64,000 nucleotides of DNA from Okamejei kenojei. Lineage: Eukaryota. Each line of letters begins with the position of its first letter. Positions within the stretch are counted from its first letter, which is position 1. The position numbers and the translations under genes are program-made. The stretch is from contig CM069141.1 of NCBI GenBank assembly GCA_035221665.1, positions 27,590,001 through 27,654,000 on the forward strand, read 5' to 3'. Below the pieces are notes generated by a model. It was not told where the DNA came from. It was given only the letters and a program-made list of their open reading frames with translations, and did no database searches. Of the stretch, positions 49,863 to 61,807 are shown piece after piece.

Positions 49863-50608
49863 CACGATTGGCAGCCCCGCCAACAGTCTGTTTGTTTTTT
49901 TGTCTTTATTTTTATTTTTAGTGTGTGTCAAAAGTGTGTGTAAATGTTCCCTGGTTTGTTTTATGTGCGGGGAGAGGGTGGAGGTCAGGGGAAACTTTTT
50001 TTTCCAGTTCTTACCTTGCCGGAGATGCGATTAATTTACGGATCGTGTCTCCAGTGGCTCTGTGGCCTACCATCGATGGAGCTGGAGGCATCCTCGGACT
50101 GACCTTGGGCCCCGCTGCGGGGTGTGGACCTAACATCGGAGTCTATCTCTTGCCTGGGATCGCCCCAACCGCAGCCTGCCGACTTTACATCGGGAGGTCG
50201 CAGTCTCGGGAGAGGCTACTCGGAAGCTCCAATGACGCAGAGGCTCGACCAGCCCCGACGCGGGGTTCGATCACCGGCAGGGGGCAGCAGACATACCCCG
50301 ATGCAAGAGCTGATCACCCCGATGTGGAGGGCCAAAATGCCACTAGCTACAGGAGTCAAGACCGTCCCGTCAACGGAAGGCTCGAGGACCCCGACCGCGG
50401 GAGAGCAAAGGGAAGAGATTGAACTTTTTGTTGCCTTCCATCACAGTGAGAAATGTGGCGGAGTCACTGTGGTGGATGTTTATGTTAAAATGTGTTATGT
50501 GTGTTCCGTTGCTTTTTATTGTATGACTGACTTGGCAAATTAAATTCCTCATATGTTGCAAAACATTCTTGGCTAATAAAGTATTATTGTGATTGTGACT
50601 GATTGTGA
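49863..50608 (+). mobile_element. GC-rich non-autonomous retroposon (LINE-dependent SINE-like)
   Basis: CpG-rich body, 3' hairpin catcacagtga...tcactgtggtg, aataaa and a (gattgt)n tail. Shares its 3' part with 60812-61504. Confidence 0.65.
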
Positions 50609-51496
50609 TATCCATCAAAATTGAACTCTATTTGCACCTAAAGTATTTAAGTAAAGAAAACATTATATAGAGCTAAATTTGATTGTCCATTAGGTTCTTA
50701 GCAAGTAAATATCTTCAACTTGGTTAATTGCAAAAGGAATACCAGTACCAAGAATCTTTAAAACTCTCAGATCATTCAGGGTTAACATAATTGTTCCTTC
50801 TCTGATTGTTGTTGCTATTGCTTTTGCTGCAACAAGGAACGTACAATTTATATACAAGTCATTTTCAATTTATGTCAACGATAATAACTCACTAAAAATC
50901 ATTAATGTAGAAATGTATTGATTTAACAACTTTGATGTAGTGTGCTTCATGGCATTGGTATAGCAAGCTCTTATAACCTGGAATATGACCTTTATTTTGT
51001 GTCAAAACAGTCAATAATGTGTTGATATCTTCAGCCTACCCCAATATTTACGAGGGTTGTTCAGTATGTCCATAATTTTATCAATAAAACTGTACCTTTT
51101 CTGAGACTTATTTTTAAACAACAGTGTTAAATCTATGAATAATTTCATTAGAACTTCAGGCAATAAACGAGTTCGGTATTCCGAAAAACGCAAGGAGTCA
51201 TGGGATTTGTCAAAGGTTATTTGTGATAAAGAAAACACGAACAAAGCGCTGGCTGCATAAACTGTGTATAAAATGTTAACTATTCTACCAATTAATTAAT
51301 CTAGAATTCTCTCAACTCAATACTTGACAGGCGTCGCTCTTTCATGAATATTAATTCAATCTTATTTCTATCTCATTTCACAACCCAACTTCTGGAATAC
51401 CGCATTACCTCTCCCGGCAGCATTGGAGGACATTCTCTCTCTCTCTCGAGTTTAATTGATATTTGATAGGGTAATCGATATCCCAGTAATTACCAT

Positions 51497-51668
51497 GTAG
51501 GAAGGAACTGCAGATGCTGGTTTACACTGAAGGTAGACACAACGTGCTGAAGTAACTCGGCGGGACAGGCAGCATCTTTGGAGAAAGGGAATAGGTGATA
51601 TTTCGGGTCGAGACCCTTCTCCAGAGATGTTGCCTGACCCACTGAGTTTCTGCAGCATTTTGCGTGTA
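51497..51668. mobile_element. Palindromic Penelope-type repeat
   Basis: gtaggaaggaactgcagatgctgg...tttcgggtcgagacccttct, followed by a partial second arm. Confidence 0.75.
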
Positions 51669-51829
51669 TTCCCGTTGATGACTGGTGCTCGGCATTCACC
51701 GGCACCAAGGGGGTTAACCGACAGCCACTGGATAAGGCAAGAGGTGCAGCTGACGCTCCCTGGCCCGTCGGGGAACAGGTTTCTCATGAGTTGGAGCAGA
51801 GTTGAGCTGGAGTTAACGCTTCTTCTCCG

Positions 51830-52370
51830 CGCTGGCTGTAAGCCTGGGGCCACCACTCCTCTTATACCTGCTTTAGTAACTTCCCCACCACGTACTGAGT
51901 GAAAAAAGTTGAACATCAGGTTCTTATTAAATCTTTCCCCTCACACCTAAGCCCCTTGGTTCTTTTTGGTCCCAGAATTTGGTCCAAACAACTTTTCTTC
52001 CACCGTTCAATCCCATCTGTTCCTGTGTCCACCCTCCCTGTGTCCTCCGATGACTTACCTTTACCTAGTTAGGTTAATTTGGTTTAGGGACACAGCACGG
52101 AAGCAGGCCCTTGGTTATGGTTTGTAGCCTAAGGCCTTTCTCTTCCTGTGAATAGTCCCCACCATCTTGCATGTCATCACCTCCACCCAAACTCCGATAT
52201 TAATGCTGAGAAATTGTCCCTCTCACGCACGTTTGTCACATGCAGTTTGTGCACATTAGATTGTCACTGCTGAGAACCTGACTACGGATGAAACGCAGGT
52301 GTGTATACACGCAGCAGCTCAGCTGCCGAGAATGCTTATCTCGAGTGACCTATGACCTGGGCATGCGCAG
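51830..52370 (-). promoter_or_regulatory. Candidate promoter/enhancer: TATA, DR1 nuclear-receptor element, NRF1-like site
   Basis: Minus-strand GTATAAGAGG (~51858-51867) upstream of a CpG-rich segment. TGACCT-A-TGACCT at 52346-52358, gggcatgcgca at 52359-52369. Confidence 0.4.
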
Positions 52371-53947
52371 TTGAAATACCGAACTCGCTCATCTTGCTCA
52401 TCTTCCTCCACATTATTGAGATCTTAAGTTTTGTTGTCCGATGGTGGGCAAAAACAAAGTTCATAACAACTATCCACTAATAAGGAAGTGCAGACAAGGA
52501 GATCATATCAGGTCCTCTCTTGGTTGCTCACGTGTAATGGATTCCCATACAGTTTTAATGGCAGAAACTTCCTCAAACCTTCTCTCTAAACTTTGCACCC
52601 AATGCTTTCTTGTTTATTTCCCTCCAATTCAATAGAACCTACATTGAAGCAGGAAAATATGAAATTACATTATTGTGCTAAACTTTGAGAGTAGATAACA
52701 TTTGGATATATAAACCAATTAATGATGTACAACAAATGAAATCATATAGTTATTTTGGAGAAAGATAGCCTTGTATGTTTAGCTCAACTATGGCTCTTGA
52801 CTAGCACTCAAATAATAAATGTATGATATTATGTGCGTAATATGTGTAAAGTAATGTTAAAGCAGTCCTGCTGAGCTACATTCAATACAAATAAATCAAC
52901 TGAAAAAGTTTTCCAGATCGGCTATAGTTTGCAATCCAACATCTTTTATATTTATTTGGCTGGTGTACTGCAGTGCCAATAAAATTATATAATCAGCAGC
53001 TAATTAAATTGTTTTGTTAAATAGGGCATTAGTCCACCCTGTGTCCATCAACCTGCTAATACTTGGCTAAAGATAACGGAAATTTTACAGACATTTTGTT
53101 TATAAATCTGAGGGGAATTAACTAATTATTCAATTTACACGCATAATATTTTCTAATTCATTGTTCTTCGGACATAGAAATCAAGGTGATAAAAAGAGCT
53201 ACAGGGAACAAGTGTCTGTGACAGTGGTTTAGGGAATGGATACAATCTGGGTGTAGAGTGAAATAATGTTCCTGTCCCCCTCTCCATCTGCTTCTCTAAG
53301 ACACTTTCAAAAATATATCTGCATCTTTGAACAACCTTTCCTTTATCTGTCCAAAAATATCCAAACATGATTCCTTTACATTTTGTTTGGTGATACTTCT
53401 GGATAACAGTTTGGGTCCTGATATTAGTCACATTTTATAAATGGAAAATGTTACTGCTGAACTGTACAGAAAATTAATGTTACGGTATGAATCCCTGGTC
53501 GGCGTTGTTTCCCATTAGAAAAGGTGGTGATCACTATTCCAATAAAATTGCCAAAACATGGCTTTATCAGAGCAGGAATGGACTTAGTTGTGGTATCACA
53601 CTTTAAAAATCAATACAATATCATGGAATAATCACTCGAACCTCAAGATTGTTAGTAACTCAAGCAACAAATTCAGCATGAACTTCTGCCCTCCAATCAG
53701 AAGAGCAGATAATTGAAAGACAGAATCAGGTAATTGTTTTTCTAATTATGTTCTATTTCTGTGGATATAGAAAGTACTGTCAGTTATTATTCTGACAGGC
53801 AAACATGAAAAATCAACACCAAATAAACACTTGCGGTGATAAGTAGCCATTAAAAAACGTGTCACATTTTAAAAGACTTTGATATGTGTGGTAAAACATT
53901 TTTTTTTAACAAAAGAAATGCTGTCAATCCATGAACAATTTATTTTA

Positions 53948-54116
53948 AAGGTAGACATAAACTACTGGAGTAACTCAACATTTCAGTAACTGAAGAAGGG
54001 TCTCGACCCGAAATGTTACCCATTCCTTCTCTCCAGAGATGCTGACTGTCCTGCTGAGTTACTCCAGCATTTTGTGTCTACTTTCGATTTAAACCAGCAT
54101 CTGCAGCTCTTTCCCA
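53948..54116 (+). mobile_element. Penelope-type repeat with hammerhead core
   Basis: ctgaagaagggtctcgacccgaaatgtt. 14-bp TSD aacaatttatttta (53934-53947, 54117-54130). Confidence 0.8.
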
Positions 54117-54892
54117 AACAATTTATTTTACGTGGAAGCCAGGTTTCAGTTTCCTAAGCGCTTTCTAAATAATTTGGCCTTAATAAATGTAATGTGAAAT
54201 GTTAACATTTACAATCATTTTAGTTTTTGTTTAATGCAACTCTCGGATCGGTTGACATTTTTTTTAGTGTGGTTTTTGTTTAAAGAAATGTTATAAGCAA
54301 CAGTTTGTGTTGCTTATAAACATGTATTTCCAAACTTTAGAGCCCTGGTTTACTTTGGAAATATAAAGATTTCAATATTGTTGAAGAATAAGACTGAATA
54401 TTCATACCTCTCGGGCTTTGACATTTAAGAGATTTACAATCATTGTCACAAAGGAAAGTGGTATTTTTACAAGTGTTAGGTGACTGAAAACTGACTTAAT
54501 TCTGGAGCAAAATACAATAATAACCATTTCTGTGTCATGGGATATCACCGTTGAAATTTGACCAGCTCTTTCTGGTGTGACTCACGTTTGTAATCCTATA
54601 TCCATTAACACTGGTCCAAGCTTCCCCACCACAATTCATGGTTAGTGATCTATCACTCTCAGTTAGCCTTTGATATGCTGACCACGCACCATCATGTGAA
54701 AAACCACATTGCCCCATCCCTGGCTACAGCAAGTCCCAATTGATCCTATCTCTGCAAATCCCTTGATACTGGCCTACTGGCCTCCAAAAGAATTGTCAGG
54801 GAAACCATTTTAGGTTCAGAAATTGCTGTGCCATTTGCACCTGATGCCTGCAAGCTAAGTTTTCAGTGTAGTGCTCACATAGAAGAGTGTTG

Positions 54893-55300
54893 CATAGAAC
54901 ATAGAACAGTGTAGCATAGGAAAATACACTTCGACCCCACAATGTCTGCGCCGAACAAGATTACCAAGTTAAACCAATCTACTCTGCCTGTATATCATCG
55001 ATAACCCTCCATTTATGTGCCTATCAAAAAGCCTCTTAAAAACAACAATCTTATTTGCCTCAACCACCATCCTCGGCAGTGTGTTCCTAACACTAACATA
55101 GTGACACCTAGACACCTAACTGTGCACAAAACCTGCCCCACACCTCCTTTAAACTCCTCGCACCATATAACTATGTTGTCTCATCTTTGACATTTCCACC
55201 CTATGAAAAATGATCCTCCTGTCTATCCCATCTATGCCTTTCATAGTTTTATATACTTTTAATATGTTATCCCTCAGCCTTCTAAGCTCCAGAAAAAAAT
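54893..55300 (-). mobile_element. CR1 3' fragment
   Basis: (catagaa)n tail and ctgtctatcccatctatgcctttcatagttttatatac match the reverse complement of the CR1 end. Confidence 0.7.
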
Positions 55301-55689
55301 AGTTAATCCTCCTCTAGACCCATTGGCTCTCAGTACAAGCTGAAATTGGTGCACTCAAATGTTACTTCTTAAAGATTGTAACTATTTAAAATATGAGATT
55401 TTTGTTCACGTTTCCAGTGACTGGAACAGTGTAGGTAGATGAGGTCAGTGTGTGACTAGGCTGAAGAGTTAAAGTGAATGGAGAGAAGTGTTCCAACGAA
55501 CTGTCAATGCAATCAGAGTTTGTCTTACAAAGAAGATAAAAGTATTCTTCTCGCAGGTTGTCTTGACCTTGTTTGTGGACATATTTCCTCCAACCTTCAA
55601 GCTCACAATAATCTGAGAAGGGGACGACAATAGCCATTGTGGTACCAATGGGCTATGTGCTTCAAGTTGGTGCATCGATGACCTTCATA

Positions 55690-55890
55690 GGTGATGACAC
55701 TAAGGCTAGTTGAAGAAATTGCAGGAGCCCTGGCTGAGATATATGCATTATCGTTAGCCACGAGTGAAATGCCAGAAGATTGGAGTGTGGCTGGTGTTTT
55801 GGCTTTAATTAAGAAGGGCAACTAAGAAAAAGCTGGGAATTTTAGGCCAGTAAGCCTAACATCTAAAGTAGTTAAATTACTGGAGTTGAT
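55690..55890 (+). mobile_element. CR1 RT N-terminal fragment
   Basis: EEIAGALAEI...PEDWSVA.V..LIKKG...GNFRPVSLTS. A short continuation at ~56350-56445 follows an inserted CR1. Confidence 0.75.
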
Positions 55891-55904
55891 ACTGATGCAT
55901 AATA

Positions 55905-56345
55905 GCATCATAGACTCTTACAGGCCTTTTGGCCCAACTTGCCCACACAGGCCAATATGTCCCATTTACATTAGTCTCACCTGCCTGCATCTGGCCCATA
56001 TCTCTCTAAACCTGTCCTTTCCATATAACTCTTTAAATGTTTCTGAAACATTGCAATAGTTCCTGCCTTAAAGAACTCATCCAACACCTCATTCCGCACA
56101 CCCACCATCCTTTGCGTGACAAAGTTACCTCTCAGGTACTTAGTAAATCTTTCCCGCTCACCGTAAACCTATGTCCTCTCGTTCCCGATTCCCCTACTCT
56201 GGGCACGAGACTCTGTGCATCTACCCGATCTATTCCTCTCGTGATTTTGTGCACGTCTATAAGATCACCTCTCTTCCTCCTGCACTCTAAGGAATAGAGT
56301 GCTAGCGTGCACCCCCTGTTCTTATAGCTCCCTATAGCTCTCCCT
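55905..56345 (-). mobile_element. CR1 3' fragment
   Basis: LYSLECRRKRGDLIDVHKITRGIDRVD...SGTRGHRF. Confidence 0.88.
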
Positions 56346-56550
56346 ATAAGGTAAAATATATATGCATTTGGAAAGGTGGGTTGATTAGGGATAATCAGCA
56401 CTGTACTATGTATGGCAGATCATGTCTTGTATTTGATTGAATTTCAAGTCAGACTACACCTCCAACAAGTCAGAAAGATGCAGAACAGAAATAAGACATT
56501 GCACCAACCATCACGCACCTAGTTTTTACACAAATTCTACCCTAACAATA

Positions 56551-56773
56551 TGTTTATGATTAGGTTTACGTACACTATTGTAGATTAATGACTCATGCTA
56601 AGAGTCGTGCATTTGTAGTTACGCCCACTAGCTTTTCAGTATCGCGGTCTGCTGCATTCCTTTAGTATAAGTGGAACTCTTAAGAGAGAAGTTGTGTTTG
56701 GTATGTAGTTAATAAAGTCTATGAATCCTTATCTTGGTGTAAGGTTACTGTTATTATAAGGACACCAATAACA
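56551..56773 (+). mobile_element. Candidate Gypsy-type solo LTR
   Basis: TGTT...AACA termini, ~220 bp long, gtataag TATA-like and aataaa. TSD is imperfect. Confidence 0.5.
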
Positions 56774-57097
56774 ACTATTGCCATGTGTACTGAGGTAGAA
56801 TGAAAAGTTTTGTATTGCATGCTATCTAAATAGACAGGTAATACGATACATAAATACATTCAAGTCAAACTCAAGTACAATAGAGCGAAGGGGAAGATAC
56901 AGAGTGCAGAATGTAGTACTCAACATTGTAGCGCATCAGTCCCAATGACAAAGTCCAATATCTGCAATGGGTTAGAAGTGAATCGGATGATATCCTAGTA
57001 TATGGAAGGACTGATCAGAAGCCTGATAACAGAGGGGAAGAAGCTGTTACCGAGTTTGGTGGTGCACACATTCAAAACTCTGTACCTTCTGCCACAG
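56774..57097 (-). mobile_element. Rex1/Babar 3' fragment
   Basis: tattgccatgtgtactgagg tail and ataacagaggggaagaagctgttaccgagtttgg...ctgtaccttctgcc. Confidence 0.7.
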
Positions 57098-57180
57098 GGA
57101 GAACATGCAAATTCCACACAGGCAGCAACCAAAACCAGGACTCTGACGTTGTAGGCACCAGCTCTACTAACTGCACTATC

Positions 57181-60100
57181 AAGAACCTAAGATGGTGCCT
57201 ACCTGCGGCAACATTTTGCGAATGGCACAACGAAAAATAGTCAAATACAGCATTTTTGAACTCACCTGCATCAGAGAATCCACTTAAATCAACGCTGTAA
57301 GTAGCGAGCTGCTACCACATTTAAATGCATTAGCGCTACTGCGAACTCCCGATGTTAGCGACGGTAAGGGAATCCCCGATCAGAGCGATGGTAAGCGAAT
57401 CCCCGACCTCGTGGAGGAATGCATGTACAATAAGAACCTTGCCTGTGTACACCGGGGAGGCCTTCATAGAGTCCGGAATTGAGGCCGTCGGGCAGGATCT
57501 CCCAGCAGCAACGATGCTGGAGGTATGGGCTGTAAGGGAATCCCCAATCTCAGGCCGTCGGGCAGGACTACAAGTATGAAGGGGAGGGGACTTCGCCCCC
57601 CTCTCCCTACTATCCTATTGGCCAACGTACAGTCACTTGAAAACAAATTGGAGGACTTAATGGCAAGGCTGCTTTATCAAAGGGAGCTGAGGGAATGCTC
57701 TGTGTTCTGTTTCACAGAGACATGGCTCATCCCCAGCTCCCCAGACGCAGCGGTCCAGCCTGAACGGTTCTCCATCCACCGTATGGACCATACGCAGGCA
57801 TCTGGTAAAGGGAGAGGAGGGGACATCTGCCTCATGGTCAATTCTGCGTGGTGCTCAGACGTGGCAGTCCTATTCAACTCCTGCTCTCCACACCTTGAAC
57901 ATCCAGCGGTGAAGTGCCGCCCCATCTACCTTCCGAGGGAATTCACCTCCATCTTCATGACCGCGGTCTACATCCCACCCCAGGCAGACATCCGTCTGGC
58001 ATTGGAGAAGCTGCACGCCGTGGTCAACAAAAACCAGACGTCTTACCCCGAGGCTTTTACCACCATAGCTGGGGACTTCAACAAAGCAAACCTCAAGAAA
58101 TCGCTCTCTATCTTCCACCAACATGTCTCCTGCTGCACCAGAGGACCAAACACTCTCGACCACTGCTACACCACCATCAAGGATGCCCACCGCTCTATCC
58201 CTCGCCCTCACTTCAGTAAATCCGACCATACCACGGTGCTGCTTCTTCCTGATTACAGGCAGCAATTAAAGAGCTCACCCCCAGAGGTGAGGACTGTACA
58301 GAGATGATCGGGGAGGGCAGAGGAACAACTCCAGGACTGTTTGGTGTCTGTAGATTGAGCAATGTTCAGGGACTCGGCAACGGACCTGAATTAATACGTC
58401 ACAGTCGTTACAGACTTCATAAAGAAATGTGTGGAGGAACAAAAACCTTCCAAGTGTTTCCCAATCAGAAGCCTTGGATGAACTATGAGATCCGCACTGG
58501 GCATTCATGTCTGAAGATACCGAGGAGTACAAGAGGTCCAGACACGACCTTAGTAAGGCCACCAAAAAGGCCAAAAGAGACCTGCTCCAAGCTGGAGGAT
58601 GAGACAGATGTTCGGCAGCTGTGGTGGGGCCTGAATGCAATCACCTCCTATAAGTCGAAACCAGGAGGCAGCACACATATCAGCAAAACATCGCTCCCTG
58701 ACGAGCACAATGCGTTTTACGCTTTGATAGGAAGAACACTGATGTGCCTTCTCGGGCCCCCATTCGCTGTGATGGTATTTCGGTCACAGTCAGAGAGGTC
58801 AACGTCAGAAAATCCTTCAGAGGGGTGAACCCTCGGAAAGCGCCTGGACCTGATGGCATACCCGGTCGTGTTCTAAAAACCTGTGTGGACCAATTGGCTG
58901 GAGTTTTTACGGACATTTTCAACCTCTCAATTCAGAGGTCTGAGTTTCCCAACTGCTTTAAAAGGGCTTCAATTATACCGGTACCCAAGAAGAGCAAAGT
59001 GACGTGCCTCAATAACTATTGACCAGTGGCACTAACGTCGGTGCTGATGAAGTGCTTTGAGAGGTTGATCATGGCGCAAATCAACTCCTACCTCGACAAA
59101 AACCTAGACTCACTGCAATTCGCTTACCGCCACAACAGATCAACGGTAGATGCAATCTCGCTGGCCCTCCACTCTGCTCTGGACCACTTGGACAACAAAA
59201 ATTCATATGTCAGGCTGTTATTCATTGACTACAGCTCAGCATTTAATACAATCATCCCCTCCAAACTGGTTACCAAACTCTCAGAATTGGGTCTCACTGC
59301 ATCCCTCTGCAATTGGATCCTCGACTTCCTCATTCACAGACCACAGTCTGTCCGTATTGGTGGAAATGTGTCAGCCTCAATAACAATCAGCACGGGAGCA
59401 CCTCAAGGTGGCGTGCTCAGCCCCCTGCTGTACTCACTCTATACTCATGACTGTGTAGCCGGTCATAGTGCGAACTCGATCATCAAGTTTGCTGACGACA
59501 CCACTGTTGTGGGATGTATCACTGATGGAGATGAGTCAGAGTATAGAAGTGAGATTGACCGTTTGACCAAATGGTGCCAGCACAATAACCTGGCTCTCAA
59601 CCCCAGCAAAACCAAGTAATTGATTGTGGACTTCAGAAGGGGTAGGATGGGGACCCATAGTCCCGTTTATAACAACGGGTCGATGGTGGAGAGGGTCAAG
59701 AGCTTCAAATTCCTGGGCTTGCATATCTCTGAAGATCTCTCCTGGTCTGAGAACACTGATGCAATTATAAAGAAAGCACATCAGCACCTCTACTTCTTGA
59801 GAATATTACGGAGAGTCGGTCTGTCAAGGAGGACTCTCTCGAACTTCTACAGGTGCACAATAGAGAGCATTCTGACCGGTTGCATCGTGGCTTGGTTCGG
59901 CAACTTGAGCGCCCAGGAGCAGGAAAGACTACAAAAAGTCGTAAACACTGCCCAGTCCATCGTCGGCTCTGACCTTCCTACCATCGAGGGGATCTATCGC
60001 AGTTGCTGCCTCAAAAAGGCTGCCAGCATCATCAAGGATACACAAGATCTTGGCCACTCACTCATCTCCCCGCTGCCTTTAGGTAGAAGGTACAGGAGCC

Positions 60101-60377
60101 TGAAATCTGCAACATCCAGGTTCAGGAATAGATACTTCCCCACAGCCATCAGGCTATTAAACACAACTCAAACAAAGCTCTGGACATTAATAGCCCATTG
60201 CACTTTATCTGATTATTTATGTGTGTATATATATATATTCAATGGTATATGGTCACACTGATCTGTTCTGTATTTATTTATGCCTACTATATTCTGTTGT
60301 GCTGAAGCAAAGCAAGAATTTAATTGTCCTATCTGGGACACATGACAATAAACTCTCTTGGATCTTGAATCTTGAAT
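57181..60377 (+). mobile_element. Near full-length Rex1/Babar LINE (APE endonuclease + RT), inactivated
   Basis: APE motifs LLANVQSL, CFTETWL, AVYIPP, IAGDFN, TLDHCY, SDH. RT motifs [47 protein letters not shown]. aataaa and (cttgaat)n tail. Several stops and frameshifts split the single ORF. Confidence 0.95.
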
Positions 60378-60811
60378 GCTGCTCAGCTGCAGTTAGTTCT
60401 CAGGACAGACGGGCAATGGTCTAATTTATGTCACTTCCATTGAAGAACCAACATTGGTTATTGAGCTGCATAAAGATCTTAGTTTGCATGCATGTTTAGA
60501 CGTGGGGTTCTTTGTCATTCACCGAAGCATGAAAGGCAATGGACACTACACTGTCCACTTGTCTGCTTGGTCAAGTATTTCCTAACCCACCCATGGCTGG
60601 ATCTCCAGATTCCGCATTGGCCTCATTAACCACCTCAGAAACCACCAAACTGATGTGAAAACAAGTAATTCTTAACTCCAAGTGTTACTGATGGATACCT
60701 AAGGTACACATGACAATGCAAAAATTCACAATGTCAAGAGAGCCAAGAATCTTTAATTGTCTTATACACTGGGACTGGAAGAATGAAGTTCCTACTTACT
60801 AACATGCTGGT

Positions 60812-61504
60812 AAACGTTTTAATCTCTTCCTGTACGGGGGCCCGACTTTTTCCTTGTCGAGTCTCCGTTGCCATTGTCATTGGGCCTAACATCCTGGAGC
60901 TGGCGGCCTCCAACCGGAATTGACCTGGGGCTCCAGTCGCGAAGCCCGCGGACTCACCATCGCGGAGCTGGCCGAATTCTGAGAGCGGAGCGCTGTGGTG
61001 GCGCGCGGCTGCGACCCAACTTCGGAGCTTCGGAGGCTTAGGCTGCAGGCCCTGTGGACGGTAACATCGGGAGCTCGCGGGTCACTGGTGGGAGACCGCT
61101 TTTCGGAACTCCCGCCACGGCAAACTTCGCCCGCCCGAATCGAGAGGTTTAAATCGACCCAGAGCAGGGCCTTACATCGCCCAGCGCGGCTTAAACGGCC
61201 GCGGGACTTACCATCGCCCACCGGGGGGCTCTAACATCTAACATCAGGAGCCTCGATCGGCTCGATGCATCAGTTTGGCTGCTTGACTACGGGAGAGGAA
61301 TGGGTACAGAGAACAGGGAAGAGATAAGACTTTTGCCTTCCAACACAGTGAGGAAGTGTTTGGGGATTCACTGTGATGGATGTTTTGTGTGGAATTGTGT
61401 TAATTGTATGTTTTGGGGTTTTTTTTGTTTGATGATGACTGCAGAAACGCAGTTTAGTTTGAACTGATGTTCAAATAACAATAAACGATTCTGATTCTGA
61501 TTCA
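60812..61504 (+). mobile_element. GC-rich non-autonomous retroposon, related to 49863-50608
   Basis: Shared gcctaacatc..ggagctgg and ttgccttcca.cacagtgag...tcactgtg.tggatgttt. aataaa and (gattct)n tail. Confidence 0.65.
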
Positions 61505-61733
61505 AGTAATGAAAAAATAAACGCATTCTGGGAGGGATCAGCACACACTGAAGAACCTTGCCTCTGTTACTAGACACTGAAGAAAGAAGAGAAAAAAAGC
61601 CAATCGAACAATAATATGAAGAATATCCTCACTTAAAAATGATTTTGACATGACAAAGTTGTTACATATGGTAAAAAAACATGATTTTTCTTTAATTTAT
61701 AATCTAGTATTATTTATGGTATGCCCAAACATT

Positions 61734-61807
61734 TGATGATGATGATGATGATGATGAAGATGATGATGATGATGATACTGATCATCATCATTATCATCAT
61801 GATGATA
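61734..61807. repeat. (GAT)n/(CAT)n microsatellite
   Basis: Direct reading. Confidence 0.9.

Noticed and set aside
6919-54116. Repeated palindromes as a CRISPR array or a classical MITE family
   Set aside because: The DNA is eukaryotic and the copies are dispersed rather than regularly spaced. Variable-length TSDs and ragged ends argue against a DNA transposon.
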